Shown: one piece after another, positions 9,110 to 19,300 of the stretch
How the letters are laid out: each line of letters starts with the position of its first letter
How positions within the stretch are numbered: the first letter of the stretch is position 1
DNA from: Candidatus Terraquivivens tikiterensis
GTDB lineage: Archaea; Thermoproteota; Nitrososphaeria_A; Caldarchaeales; Wolframiiraptoraceae
Reading direction: 5' to 3'
DNA: 64,000 bases
Assembly (NCBI GenBank): GCA_003056285.1
Contig: NDWU01000006.1
Location: 1,543 to 65,542, forward strand
Translations under genes and position numbers: made by a program
The notes under the pieces: model-generated
The model's database searches: none
What the model was told of the DNA's origin: nothing
The model's input: only the letters and a program-made list of their open reading frames with translations

Positions 9110-10111
9110 CTTCATGCTAACGTTCGGACACGTGATGGGTAGAATATCTTTAACAGTAAGCAGCCCTGGCCTTGCCTCCATGACCCTGCGAACAGAGTTT
9201 AACACCATGGCGACCGTCGCGATGTCTCCTGGCGTTCCCGTGGTACACCTCCAAGTGAGGTTGGGCTCGCCGTATACCTTAACCTCGTCGTAATCCTCCT
9301 CGCCCACGGCTGCTATTAGCTTTAACTTTATGAACTCCATCCCATCAAGGTATCCGATACCTTGACCCACGATGCCCCTTACTTGCGATCCCTTGATTTG
9401 CAAACCACCCACGTGCACGTCCTCTTTTGCAAGCAAAGGTTCCGTCATCTCGGTAACGTCCTGGAGCTTTATGCCCATTATGCTGGCCATTAAAAGTATG
9501 GACTCCGAAAAGCCAACGTGACACGTTATATCTCCAGAAAGTAGCCTCCTCTCGAACTCTTCTTGAGAAAGCCCTAACCCTATCTTTTTCTGGAAGCTCT
9601 TCCTTCTCTTGCTAGCGTCAAGGGACCTCGTGACCTCGATTTTTCTAACATTTATGCACGGTGCCGTGAGCAGCGAAGGCAGAAGGTCCATGAGGAAGCC
9701 AGGGTTGATCCCAAGGCCAACGACGCTTACCCCATAACGTTTTGCCTCCTCATCCAGCTTAGCCGTTAACCCTGGATACCTATAGTACGGATAGGCGAGC
9801 GTTTCGCACGTCGATATCACGTCGGCACCATGGGTGACGGATAGCGATATCTGGTCGTATACCTTATCAAGATAGCTTCCGGTGGCGTGGAACACGACGT
9901 CTGGTTTTGCATGCTTGAGCACCTTTTCAGCATCCGATTCGACCTTTATGCCCATTAGCTTACTCAACCCAAGGACCTCCCCTACATCCTTCCCTACGAC
10001 GTCCGATGAAACGTCTATCGCTCCCAACATCTCGTAGCCGTACCTCGTCACGGCAACAGAAGCTATAAGCGACCCTATCGAACCTAGGCCGTAAGAGACG
10101 AAGCTGACCAT
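9104..10111 (-). CDS. NAD(P)-binding DapB-like / amine dehydrogenase-like oxidoreductase
   Basis: N-terminal GLGSIGS Rossmann loop, 335 aa, dihydrodipicolinate-reductase-like layout. Confidence 0.65.
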   Translation of the reverse strand: MVSFVSYGLGSIGSLIASVAVTRYGYEMLGAIDVSSDVVGKDVGEVLGLSKLMGIKVESDAEKVLKHAKPDVVFHATGSYLDKVYDQISLSVTHGADVISTCETLAYPYYRYPGLTAKLDEEAKRYGVSVVGLGINPGFLMDLLPSLLTAPCINVRKIEVTRSLDASKRRKSFQKKIGLGLSQEEFERRLLSGDITCHVGFSESILLMASIMGIKLQDVTEMTEPLLAKEDVHVGGLQIKGSQVRGIVGQGIGYLDGMEFIKLKLIAAVGEEDYDEVKVYGEPNLTWRCTTGTPGDIATVAMVLNSVRRVMEARPGLLTVKDILPITCPNVSMKL

Positions 10112-10161
10112 GCCGGTTACGTATGTTTTGTCAAAAACCTCTATAAATCGTTAGCTTTTAG

Positions 10162-11715
10162 CTAAAGCGCTTTCTTGACCTTTCCGAGGCCGGCCGGCTC
10201 TAGGTTAAAAACGATGGTCTTCAGGACTGTCATCTCGTCGATGCTGTAGCCTATGCCCTCCCTGCCTATGCCCGAGTCCTTTATACCGCCGAATGGGAAG
10301 AAGCCAACGCCGTGTTTAGGCAGGTCGTTTATCGTAACCTCACCGACCTGTAACCTCTTGGCGACCTTCCACATCCGGTAAAAGTTGTTGGTGAATACGC
10401 AGGAGTCAAGCCCGTACCTGGATTTTTGCGAGATCTCTATAGCATCGTCCTCGTTGTTTATCCTGACTATCGGTATGACGGGCCCGAACGTCTCTTCCCA
10501 TACTATCTTGGCCTCGAGGGGAACCATGTCGAGGACCGTCGGCTCAAAGTAGCACCCCCAATACCTTCCGCCCCTAAGCAACTTAGCCCCTTTCTCCAAC
10601 GCATCCTTCACCAAACCATAGACGTACTCGACGGCCCTTCTGTTTATCAGAGGCCCCATCATAACATCCGGGTCCCTAGGATCCCCGAACTTCCAAGCAT
10701 CTACTTCCTTTAGCAGCTTTTCGACAAAAACGTCTGCAACACTGTTTTGAACCAAAACCACGCTAATCGCATCGCACCTCTGCCCAGCGTTCTTCAAAGA
10801 GCCCTCCACGCACTTTTTTGCCGCAAGGTCCAGGTCCGCATCGTCGAGGACGATAGCGAGCGCCTTCCCCCCAAGCTCCAGATGCATGGGCTTTATCGTC
10901 GATGCCCTGTAAAGCTCCTTCCCCGTAGCGGTGCTCCCGGTGAACGAGACTAGACGGACTTTATCGCTTGAGGCCAAAAGGCTGGCAATCTTCCCCGGTC
11001 CGGTAACCACGTTCAAGCAACCATGCGGCAAGCCGGCCTCATGTAGGACCCTAGCAAAGAGGAGCTGGCTGATCGGGTCGTCGCTGGCAGGCTTAACCAC
11101 CACGGAGTTGCCCGATAGGAGTGCAGGTATGATCTTCGCCGCAGGTATGTAAAGTGGGTAGTTGAACGGTCCTATCGCGCCGACAACACCGACGGGCTCG
11201 TGGATCACTAGGGCTATCTTTCCCACAGTGTCTTCCGACCAGTCACCGGGTATGTACTCGCCGAATATCTTCCTTGCCTCTTCCATCGTCAGCTGCATCC
11301 TATCGATAGTCGCCTTTACTTCTCCTAGCGCATCCCTCCTAGGCTTGCCAGCCTCGAGCATGAGCGTTTCGACGAAGTCCTGAACCTTTTCCTTCATGAA
11401 CTCGACAGCCATGTGGAATATCTCTATCCTGCTGATTGCGGCAATGTCCCTTATCCTCCTCTGATTTTCTTTTGCTACGTCTATCGCTAACTCCATGTCC
11501 TTCTCTCCGGCTTTTTGTGCTCTTGCGATTACGCTATCGTCGATCGGTGTATCTATATCGAAGGTTTCGTTCGTTGACGCCGTAACCCACTTACCGTCCA
11601 AAAATAACTTGAAGACTGGTATGTCATCAGGCCCTACGTCGTAAACCTCATCGAAGAATGTACTGAGCCTCAGTTTAGGTTTTCCGTACTCTAACCTTGG
11701 CCCCACGACGGACAA
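10162..11715 (-). CDS. gapN: aldehyde dehydrogenase, non-phosphorylating GAPDH (GAPN)-like
   Basis: ALDH motifs LELGGKA and SFTGSTATG plus the catalytic GQRC. The size (517 aa) is typical of crenarchaeal GAPN. Confidence 0.75.
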   Translation of the reverse strand: MSVVGPRLEYGKPKLRLSTFFDEVYDVGPDDIPVFKLFLDGKWVTASTNETFDIDTPIDDSVIARAQKAGEKDMELAIDVAKENQRRIRDIAAISRIEIFHMAVEFMKEKVQDFVETLMLEAGKPRRDALGEVKATIDRMQLTMEEARKIFGEYIPGDWSEDTVGKIALVIHEPVGVVGAIGPFNYPLYIPAAKIIPALLSGNSVVVKPASDDPISQLLFARVLHEAGLPHGCLNVVTGPGKIASLLASSDKVRLVSFTGSTATGKELYRASTIKPMHLELGGKALAIVLDDADLDLAAKKCVEGSLKNAGQRCDAISVVLVQNSVADVFVEKLLKEVDAWKFGDPRDPDVMMGPLINRRAVEYVYGLVKDALEKGAKLLRGGRYWGCYFEPTVLDMVPLEAKIVWEETFGPVIPIVRINNEDDAIEISQKSRYGLDSCVFTNNFYRMWKVAKRLQVGEVTINDLPKHGVGFFPFGGIKDSGIGREGIGYSIDEMTVLKTIVFNLEPAGLGKVKKAL

Positions 11716-11801
11716 GCAACCTCACCTTTTTCAAACCTCCTTTTAAAACATGTTTTAAAAGGCTTTAACCTTTCCGGTCTCATGGAGGATTCGTCACCTA
11801 G

Positions 11802-11832
11802 CCTTTAACTCTTACTCAGGTTTATGTCTAAA
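11802..11832 (+). repeat. 31-bp perfect direct repeat, copy 1 (cctttaactcttactcaggtttatgtctaaa)
   Basis: Identical 31-mer at 14001-14031. Flanks are also similar (about 11795-11843 vs 13994-14043). Confidence 0.9.
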
Positions 11833-12464
11833 GCGCCTTACCAAAACTCAGCGAGAAAGCCCGCGCCCTTTAGGTATTGGATGAATCTCCAAATTAATTT
11901 TAAATTCTCTGAGCAAGCCGCTCGGATGCGGCCTGGACGTACAAAAGCCCGAAAAAGCGGAGGCTCGGGCGGTATAGAGCCTCTCGGTTATGGAGATACT
12001 CTCAACGGCTGATGGCGCACTCATTTCAGATAGCCTTGGAGCGAATGCTATTGCAGACGTGCTTCAGGGCGCTGAAGGGACTGCGTGCAAGAATTCCCAT
12101 AGCTGAAGCTCGTGGGAATGCTAATCGGAACCCAATAGCCCCGAATAGTTCATAGAGAAACCCGCTCATCCAAGTAACTTGAGAAGATAACCTCCTTAAT
12201 ACTCAAATGCGACACTAGAGCTGACATGGTAGTCTAAAAAGCCTAGCAAAAGAGAAGAAAGAATTGTTGGAGACAATACTTAGCTAGAATAAAATCTCCT
12301 GATCTGATGAAGTAGTTTAAAATTTGGTTTCTTTAAAGTGAAAAGAAGGTGTAAAACACAGAGATGCACCTCTATTTATTATTGTTTTTTGGTTTAACGG
12401 TTTGTTTTTTAGGGGGTAAATTCTTATATTGTGGGCGAATTTCATATTTGTGGGTAGTATTTTT

Positions 12465-12713
12465 ATGAGTGTGGTTAGTATTGATGAACGTGGGCGAATT
12501 ACCCTTCCTAAGGGTATTAGAGAGATGGGGGATAGGGCTGTTGTTATTTCTGCTGGGAGCTTTGCGATCGTTATTCCCATCCCTAGGGAGCCTGAGAAGG
12601 TGGTGGAAGGCTGGCTTAAGTCTAGGAGAGGGAGAAAAGAGCTTGGGTTGTTAGCTGAAAAGAAAGCTAGGGCCGATGCTGTCGCTAGGGCTAGAAGGAG
12701 AAAGCAGCTATGA
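12465..12713 (+). CDS. vapB: AbrB/SpoVT-type antitoxin (VapB-like)
   Basis: MSVVSIDERGRITLPKGIREMGDRAVV... swapped-hairpin motif; overlaps the PIN gene (ATGA). Confidence 0.8.
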   Translation: MSVVSIDERGRITLPKGIREMGDRAVVISAGSFAIVIPIPREPEKVVEGWLKSRRGRKELGLLAEKKARADAVARARRRKQL

Positions 12714-13126
12714 TGATAGAGAGCGATGTGATATACGCATACGTTAAGGTCAGCGACTGGCTAAAGCCAGCGGCTAATAAGCTAATATCCAGAATTGCGC
12801 GAGGCGAGTTTGGTACTGTGTACTCAAGTAGAGAAATCCTCCATGAGCTATATTATGTCTCTATGGAAGAGGGAGTGTCTCTTGAGGAGTTCATAAGGAG
12901 AGCGGCAACAATAACAGCAATACCAAACCTTTCACTATTACCTACGACATACGAAATAGACCTTCTAGCCCTAACCCTAATGCAGCAATATAAACTCAGC
13001 TCAATATTTGATGCGTATTATGCTGCGACATGCCTAAACATGATAGATGATAGGACAATAGTAACGACAGATGAAGAATATGACAAGATAGCAGGAATAA
13101 AGAGAATAGATCCACGAGCTCTCTAG
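12710..13126 (+). CDS. vapC: PIN-domain toxin (VapC-like)
   Basis: N-terminal acidic ESDVIY, central E, C-terminal FDAYYAA...TTDEEY; 138 aa. Confidence 0.8.
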   Translation: MMIESDVIYAYVKVSDWLKPAANKLISRIARGEFGTVYSSREILHELYYVSMEEGVSLEEFIRRAATITAIPNLSLLPTTYEIDLLALTLMQQYKLSSIFDAYYAATCLNMIDDRTIVTTDEEYDKIAGIKRIDPRAL

Positions 13127-13768
13127 CATCCATAGCCAAGAATAATCACTTGGCAGAAATACGGGCGTATTCTCATCCTTAGGCTGGCTTTTTTCCTATA
13201 GTTCTGCATTATCGATCGTTTTGAATCAAGAAATATGAGGAAGCATCAACAAGCGCCTATTTCTCTACGAGGTTAACTAAACTACAATATTTAGACGAAT
13301 AGTATTCAGATTAGATTGGTCTGCTTTGAGCGTCGTTAGGGTTGTTTGGGGAGTTGAGTATGAATGGTCTGAGTTTATGTTGAGTATAGCATTAACCTTT
13401 ACTTTTCCAGTCGTCTGGTTAACATAGGTCCCAACAACGCCCTTAACACTCATGAAGGTATTTTTAAACAGCTGGATGCAGGGGCGTGGTGCATTCCACC
13501 AACACTTAGGGTTATTCGGTCCTTCAAAGCCTACATCCAACCTCCTCCAACGCTTTTTCAATAGAAGACCTCAGATAATCGTGCTTGGCAAATGCACGGG
13601 AAGAAGAAAAGTTAACGCTAACGTCATAAACATTATCAAGACTCTTTGTGCTATTAGCTCATGGCGTGCGGTCATCCCGCCTATCTGGAGGCAACTTTAA
13701 TGGCCTTTTTCACACCAATGCACCTAATGCTAAATAAAATATTATGTTGTAAATAAGGGAGGCTTTAG

Positions 13769-13981
13769 CTAGCAACAGATAGCATGTCCCCCGTGGCTGT
13801 TTTTTATGTATTTGTTGGGGTCTTTCTCAAACTCCCGCTTACATGCCTGGGAGCAGAAGTAGTAGGTCTTCCCACCGTGCTCAGCCTTATACTTCACAAC
13901 GGCTACATCAACTTCCATACCACAAACCGGGTCGATCGCCTTCACAACCATATCCTTATCACCAATATAAAATATTGCCAA
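13769..13981 (-). CDS. YHS/TRASH-type metal-binding small protein
   Basis: DPVCGMEVD....GKTYYFCSQACKREFEKDPNKY. Confidence 0.8.
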   Translation of the reverse strand: MAIFYIGDKDMVVKAIDPVCGMEVDVAVVKYKAEHGGKTYYFCSQACKREFEKDPNKYIKNSHGGHAICC

Positions 13982-14000
13982 GAATTTTAGCCTTACCTAA

Positions 14001-14031
14001 CCTTTAACTCTTACTCAGGTTTATGTCTAAA
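14001..14031 (+). repeat. 31-bp perfect direct repeat, copy 2
   Basis: Identical to 11802-11832. Confidence 0.9.
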
Positions 14032-14115
14032 ACCGTCTTACCGCCAATCTGGCCGACGATTTTAGAGCCATGAGGGTGGCATACTCGTACCGGCGTGAGA
14101 GACCCTCTGGAGAGA

Positions 14116-14123
14116 TTTATATA
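14116..14123 (+). promoter_or_regulatory. TATA box candidate for glpK (leaderless GTG 14148)
   Basis: tttatata lies about 25 nt upstream of the GTG that gives a normal GlpK N-terminus. A second tttataaa is at 14127-14134. Confidence 0.5.
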
Positions 14124-14147
14124 GAGTTTATAAACAAAAATATTCTC

Positions 14148-15680
14148 GTGAAAGAGGGAAATTACGTTGCAGCAGTTGACCAAGGAACGACAGGTACTAG
14201 ATGCATGGTTTTTGATGCGGAAAGCAACATCGTAGGATGGGTATACGAGGAGCACACGCAGATATACCCGATGCCTGGGTGGGTTGAGCACGACCCTATA
14301 GAAATATGGGAGAAGACACGGTATGTAATTTCCGAGACCCTAAAACGCTCGGGAATAGACCCTAAGGAGATCGTAGCGGTTGGTGTTACTAACCAACGCG
14401 AGACAACGGTGATCTGGGATGCCAAGACCGGCAGACCTTTGGCGAACGCAATAGTTTGGCAGGACACGAGGACTAAAGAGATATGCGAGCAGCTAAGAAA
14501 GGATAACTACGAAGAAACGCTAATACATCCAAGGACTGGCGTGTTTTCTTTCACCTATTTCTCCGGTCCAAAGATAAAGTGGCTTCTCGAAAACGTTCCT
14601 GGTTTAAGGGAAAAGGCTGAGAAAGGTGAGGCAAAGTTCGGAACGATAGACTCTTGGCTCATCTGGAATCTGACCGGCGGGCCTGATGGTGGCGTTCATG
14701 TAACCGACTATACGAACGCTTCTAGGACGATGCTCATGGACATAGAGAAACTCGAATGGAATGAAGAGATTCTTGAACTCCTTAAAATACCGAGTTCCAT
14801 TCTGCCGGAACTCAGGCCTTCGTCAGACAAGTCAATTTATGGCTACACGAAGCCTGACGGTCCCTTCAAGGCGGAGATACCAGTTTGCGGGGACCTCGGC
14901 GACCAGCAGGCTGCACTCGTCGGTCAGGTCTGCTTTGATAGGGGAATGGCAAAGAACACCTACGGTACCGGTTGCTTTTTGCTCCAAAACATAGGCACGA
15001 AGCCAGAACTCTCCAAGCACGGTTTACTCACGACTGTTGCTTACAGCATGGAAAAGGGTAAGTGTGTTTATGCGCTAGAGGGCTCTATAGCAGTAACAGG
15101 TGCTGCTATACAGTGGCTAAGGGATAACTTGAAGATAATAAGCTCAGCGTCCGAAACCGAACAGATGGCAAGGTCTGTTGAGCAAGAGGGGTCGGGCGGT
15201 GTTTACTTCGTACCAGCTTTCAGCGGGCTCTTCGCACCCTATTGGGACTTGGATGCAAGGGGCATCATAGTGGGCTTGACTAGGTTTATAAGAAGGGAGC
15301 ACATAGTCCACGCTACGCTTGAAAGCATATGCTATCAAACGAGGGACGTACTCGAGGCCATAGCATCGGATACGGGTAGTAGGTTGACGGAACTCAAGGT
15401 AGATGGTGGAGCTGTCATCAACGATTATCTCATGCAACTTCAGGCAGATATCCTCGGTGCCAAAGTGATAAGGCCTAAGGTTACGGAGACCACGTCCTTA
15501 GGTTGCGTTTACGCTGCAGGGCTTGCCGTCGGCTTTTGGAAGGATTTGGATACGCTAAAAAAGCTCTGGAAGGTTGATAGGGTATTCCAGCCAAGGTGGT
15601 CGGAGGAGAAAAGGGAGAAGATGTATAAGGGATGGAGGGCAGCCGTAGAGCGTGCCAAGGGCTGGCTGAAGGACCTTTAG
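14148..15680 (+). CDS. glpK: glycerol kinase
   Basis: [18 protein letters not shown]..., [22 protein letters not shown]. The track ORF starts at 14070, but GTG 14148 gives the usual N-terminus. Confidence 0.95.
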   Translation: MKEGNYVAAVDQGTTGTRCMVFDAESNIVGWVYEEHTQIYPMPGWVEHDPIEIWEKTRYVISETLKRSGIDPKEIVAVGVTNQRETTVIWDAKTGRPLANAIVWQDTRTKEICEQLRKDNYEETLIHPRTGVFSFTYFSGPKIKWLLENVPGLREKAEKGEAKFGTIDSWLIWNLTGGPDGGVHVTDYTNASRTMLMDIEKLEWNEEILELLKIPSSILPELRPSSDKSIYGYTKPDGPFKAEIPVCGDLGDQQAALVGQVCFDRGMAKNTYGTGCFLLQNIGTKPELSKHGLLTTVAYSMEKGKCVYALEGSIAVTGAAIQWLRDNLKIISSASETEQMARSVEQEGSGGVYFVPAFSGLFAPYWDLDARGIIVGLTRFIRREHIVHATLESICYQTRDVLEAIASDTGSRLTELKVDGGAVINDYLMQLQADILGAKVIRPKVTETTSLGCVYAAGLAVGFWKDLDTLKKLWKVDRVFQPRWSEEKREKMYKGWRAAVERAKGWLKDL

Positions 15681-15690
15681 CGTCGCGTGA

Positions 15691-16983
15691 GTGGCCTTGG
15701 GAAAATACGATGTGATAGTAGTAGGCGGAGGTGTGACCGGCCTAGCCGTTACGCACGACCTTGCGCTTAGAGGCCTTAAAACACTGCTGTGCGAAAGGGG
15801 CGACCTTTTAAGCGGCACGTCGGGGAAGTTTCACGGTCTACTGCACAGCGGCGCGAGGTATGCCGTCAACGACCCGGAATCGGCCTACGAATGCGCGGTA
15901 GAGAACAAGATAATAAAAGAAATCGCAAGCCACTGCGTGGAGGATACTGGCGGGTATTTTGTATTAATGGACGAGGAAGAGTACTACGACGAGTTTAAGA
16001 AGGGATGCAAGGAGAATAGCATACCGACAAAAGACGTGGACGTCGATGAGGCCTTAAGGGAGGAGCCTGGCCTTAACCCTAACGTTAAAGCAATCGTTGA
16101 GGTTCAGGATGCCGTTCTTTACGCTTACAAGTTTGCCGTCAGCTTAGGCTTGGCCGCAAAAACGAACGGTGCCGAGATACGGACATACAACGAGGTCATC
16201 GGGTTGTTGAAGGAAGGTAGACGCGTCGTTGGGGTAAAGGTCTTCGATAAAATCAACAAAAGTGTCTACGAGGAGGATGCAAAGATGACGGTCGTGGCGG
16301 CCGGACCTTGGTCGGAAAAAATTACGAGGATGGCTGGCATCCAGGACCTCAGGATGGTTCTGACCGCGGGCACGATGGCCGTGGTACCGTATAGGCTTTC
16401 CAAGAGGGTTATCAACAAAATGAGGCCACCCTCGGATGGAGACATACTTGTACCATACGGTAGCGTCTCGATAGTAGGCACGACTGCGTATGTGATAGAG
16501 GACCCAGACGACTATAAAATACCGCCTGAAGACGCTGAGTTTCTCATGGAAGAGGGTAGCGCGCTATTTCCCGCGATTAAAAGGTTGGGCTTTTCAAGGA
16601 TGTACTCCTCCGTCAGACCGCTCGTATCGTTGGGCGAGGAGATGGACGCTAGGAAGATATCGAGACGCTATGAGATATACGATCATGAGGAGCTCCACGG
16701 CATAGAAGGGTTGGTAACTGCTGTAGGCGGTAAGCTGACGACGTGCCGTGCTATGGCAGAGGCCATGGCCGACGTTGTGTGCAAGAAGCTCGGCGTCAAA
16801 AAAGGATGTAAAACAAAGGAAACAAAGCTTCCAAACCCGATCGAGGCACTGAACCTTGAACGGGTAAAAATCAAAGGATTGCCAGAAAACCTCATCAGAA
16901 GGATGCTGGACAGAAGGGGGACGATAGATGAAGAGCTACTATCTGATGCCTTCTATATCTTTATCGCCTCATCGTTGTGGTGA
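15691..16983 (+). CDS. glpA: FAD-dependent glycerol-3-phosphate dehydrogenase (GlpA/GlpD family)
   Basis: YDVIVVGGGVTGLAVTHDLALRG...SGTSGKFHGLLHSGARY; immediately follows glpK. Confidence 0.9.
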   Translation: MALGKYDVIVVGGGVTGLAVTHDLALRGLKTLLCERGDLLSGTSGKFHGLLHSGARYAVNDPESAYECAVENKIIKEIASHCVEDTGGYFVLMDEEEYYDEFKKGCKENSIPTKDVDVDEALREEPGLNPNVKAIVEVQDAVLYAYKFAVSLGLAAKTNGAEIRTYNEVIGLLKEGRRVVGVKVFDKINKSVYEEDAKMTVVAAGPWSEKITRMAGIQDLRMVLTAGTMAVVPYRLSKRVINKMRPPSDGDILVPYGSVSIVGTTAYVIEDPDDYKIPPEDAEFLMEEGSALFPAIKRLGFSRMYSSVRPLVSLGEEMDARKISRRYEIYDHEELHGIEGLVTAVGGKLTTCRAMAEAMADVVCKKLGVKKGCKTKETKLPNPIEALNLERVKIKGLPENLIRRMLDRRGTIDEELLSDAFYIFIASSLW

Positions 16984-16989
16984 TGCGAG

Positions 16990-17466
16990 TTGGTAAAAGT
17001 TGTTGATACGTTCACAGTAAAAGCAAAGCCTGAGGATGTATGGTCTATCGTAAGCAACATGTCAAAGGTCATATCATGTTTCCCGAACGTGCAAAAATTC
17101 GAGACCTTAAGCGATGGCAGCGCGATGGTTGCCTTTAGGGTTGACATATCTGGTGCCGAAGATAGAAGCTTGAAGTCTTATCTTACAAGGATCACAGGAA
17201 AGATGAACGTAAAGTATACGTCCCTTAACCCTCCTGAATCTTTGAAGGTAAACGCAAAAGGTTCAGTAGCAGGCTCAAATGTTTTCGTAAACCTTTCGGT
17301 CAAGTTATCAGCGCTCTCGGACGGTTCTACACAAGTTTTCTATGACGTGGAAGCGGACGTGGGCATACTGGCAAAGCTATTCAGCATTGGCCTCATCCAA
17401 AAGATCGTCGAGAGCAACGCTTCAGCATTCATACAAAACTTTAGGAAGATGCTCGAGAAAGGCTAG
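16990..17466 (+). CDS. SRPBCC/CoxG-like protein
   Basis: VDTFTVKAKPEDVWSIVSNMSKVISCFPNV.. is a CoxG-type N-terminus. The gene is tightly packed after glpA. Confidence 0.7.
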   Translation: MVKVVDTFTVKAKPEDVWSIVSNMSKVISCFPNVQKFETLSDGSAMVAFRVDISGAEDRSLKSYLTRITGKMNVKYTSLNPPESLKVNAKGSVAGSNVFVNLSVKLSALSDGSTQVFYDVEADVGILAKLFSIGLIQKIVESNASAFIQNFRKMLEKG

Positions 17467-17474
17467 CGTCGGTC

Positions 17475-18035
17475 ATGGAACTGACGGAGCTTCTAAGCAA
17501 GAGGCTGAGACCCCCCAGGGAGCTTTTATCTCACAGGAGTTCAGCCGCTGTTATGCTGATACTTCAACCGAGCAACGGCGACCTCAGGATCCTTTTTGTG
17601 AGGCGTAGGGAGGATCCCAAGGACCCCTGGTCGGGTCAAGTAGCGCTACCCGGAGGCCGCCGGATCCCGTCTGATAGATCCATAATAGAAACTGCCGTTA
17701 GGGAGACGTTCGAGGAGGTTGGGATACTCCTCGAGCCGGAACAAACCGTACTCGGCGCCCTGCCGGATGTGAGGCCCCTGAGATACCCGGACATGCTGAT
17801 AACACCGTTCGTTGCCCTTATGAAAGAGGACAGGCCCATCAGGCTTTCTCCGGAGCTCTCCGGCTACTTTTGGGCGCCCATCCGGTCTCTGAAGGAGGAT
17901 GAAGTCAAGGTTAGCCTACAAAACGGCGAAACCAAGGTCGTTAGGGCATACGTCTATAGAAACCATGTAATATGGGGCTTGACGGCACGGGTGGTAGGAT
18001 CGCTCTTAAAAATTTTAAAGGAGGAAACGACGTGA
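17475..18035 (+). CDS. NUDIX hydrolase (CoA pyrophosphatase-like)
   Basis: Nudix box GGRRIPSDRSIIETAVRETFEEVGI. Confidence 0.85.
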   Translation: MELTELLSKRLRPPRELLSHRSSAAVMLILQPSNGDLRILFVRRREDPKDPWSGQVALPGGRRIPSDRSIIETAVRETFEEVGILLEPEQTVLGALPDVRPLRYPDMLITPFVALMKEDRPIRLSPELSGYFWAPIRSLKEDEVKVSLQNGETKVVRAYVYRNHVIWGLTARVVGSLLKILKEETT

Positions 18036-18464
18036 GCTACCGACGACGGAACCGTCGGCTTCCGCCAAGCCCCAAGCCTACAGCCTCCATAGCTGTTCAT
18101 GTGCTTTGAAAGGCTTTTAGGGCTGTACCACACCAAGTCCTTATCTTTATTGCACCTCTGGATTTACGGGACGGATCGCATACCGACACCATTACCTGCA
18201 GGCTGACAAAGGTAGGGTAAAAATGAAGCTCCTGTTATAACACTAGACGTTACGGAGTTTCCGCCGCGATGTTAAGGCTGGCATGTTCTGCTTTTTTTAA
18301 AACGCTAGCATTTTATAAAACGTAACTTGACTCAGCTTTCGCGGTATGATGAGAGCAAAAAGGAGATACTCACGACCTCGCTGCTCACGTTATAAGCGTC
18401 GCTCATCTGCTCAATAGCTGTGGCATATGAACATTAAAATATTTGCGGACAAATTTTTTTACCG

Positions 18465-18698
18465 ATGAATTGGATAATGATAATAGGTCTAATTCTGCTA
18501 CTTGCAAGCATCCTCATAATAATGCTCGCGGTAAGGCTTCTAGGGAGCCTAGGCGGCGAAGGAAAGGCCCGTTTCGGCGGCGTCGTCCTGTTAGGGCCAG
18601 TACCTATATTTTTTGGCGATAGGAGCCTTTTCAGCGTCCTCCTAATCGTTGCAGCGATTTTTGTAATAGCTTTCATAATTTTTTCACTCATATGGTGA
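18465..18698 (+). CDS. small membrane protein, DUF131/TIGR00304-like
   Basis: Two TM helices flank GGVVLLGPVPIFFG. Confidence 0.7.
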   Translation: MNWIMIIGLILLLASILIIMLAVRLLGSLGGEGKARFGGVVLLGPVPIFFGDRSLFSVLLIVAAIFVIAFIIFSLIW

Positions 18699-18738
18699 TT
18701 TTTATCACCGTTGCCCAGAAAGCCTAGAGCTTTAGCCC

Positions 18739-18851
18739 TTGGATGGGTTGGCAAAACTTAAATACGCTCGAGTACCCTTTGGGTTTAGTACATTCTGATG
18801 AGCCATGAACCCGTATATCCCATGCGTTAACGGGTGCATGGGATGGCGGAG
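18739..18851 (+). repeat. copy A of TATA + conserved-hairpin leader element (partner 20675-20771, inverted)
   Basis: Shares with the reverse complement of copy B the 14-mer caaaacttaaatac, tttgggtt(t/g)agtac, and the hairpin CCCAUGC-loop-GCAUGGG followed by the identical atggcggag. Confidence 0.65.
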
Positions 18852-18946
18852 GGTGAGCCAGCGACCGGCAGATGCGGCTGGAGGCTCAAAGCCCATGTTT
18901 TCGGTCAAGGGAGGCTTGCGGCAACATCCGGTGAGGTGACGAATTC

Positions 18947-19225
18947 ATGGAAAGCTCCTTAAAACGAGGCCCAGAGCCGTTGAGGACCATCATGCTGTTA
19001 ACCGTCGGCATAGTCTTAGCGTTCATCGCAGTATTTTTGATCCTCGTAAGCATACTTCCAACACCGTCTGCCGACGTAAAAGGGGGTGCCTTCCTCCTGA
19101 TAAGCCCATTCCCGCTCGTGCTGACGTTCGACAAGCCCACGTTCTGGCTGTTACTGCTTCTGCCCATTCTGTTCATCCTAATTCCCCTGATACTATTCCT
19201 AGCGTGGCTAAGGGTTTTGAGCTAA
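18947..19225 (+). CDS. small membrane protein, divergent DUF131-like paralog
   Basis: TM-GGAFLLISPFPLVLTF-TM layout parallels 18465-18698. Confidence 0.6.
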   Translation: MESSLKRGPEPLRTIMLLTVGIVLAFIAVFLILVSILPTPSADVKGGAFLLISPFPLVLTFDKPTFWLLLLLPILFILIPLILFLAWLRVLS

Positions 19226-19300
19226 GCATGCATGCGAATATACCCAATGCCTGGCCTTTTTACCTCACAGGCCTAGCATTCCTATGGTTCATCGGGCTAG

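Noticed and set aside
11824-12012. 62-aa ORF starting inside the 31-bp repeat
   Set aside because: The G/R/K-rich translation is odd, and the second repeat copy opens only a 16-codon frame. The ATG is probably a coincidental part of the repeat.
13277-13700. ORFs of 94 aa (minus) and 82 aa (plus) inside the repeat-bracketed cassette
   Set aside because: They overlap each other and have no recognisable domains. They are possibly gene remnants.
18347-18410. C/D box sRNA
   Set aside because: A C box (AUGAUGA) is present, but there is no CUGA D box (only CUGC), no D'/C' pair and no terminal stem.
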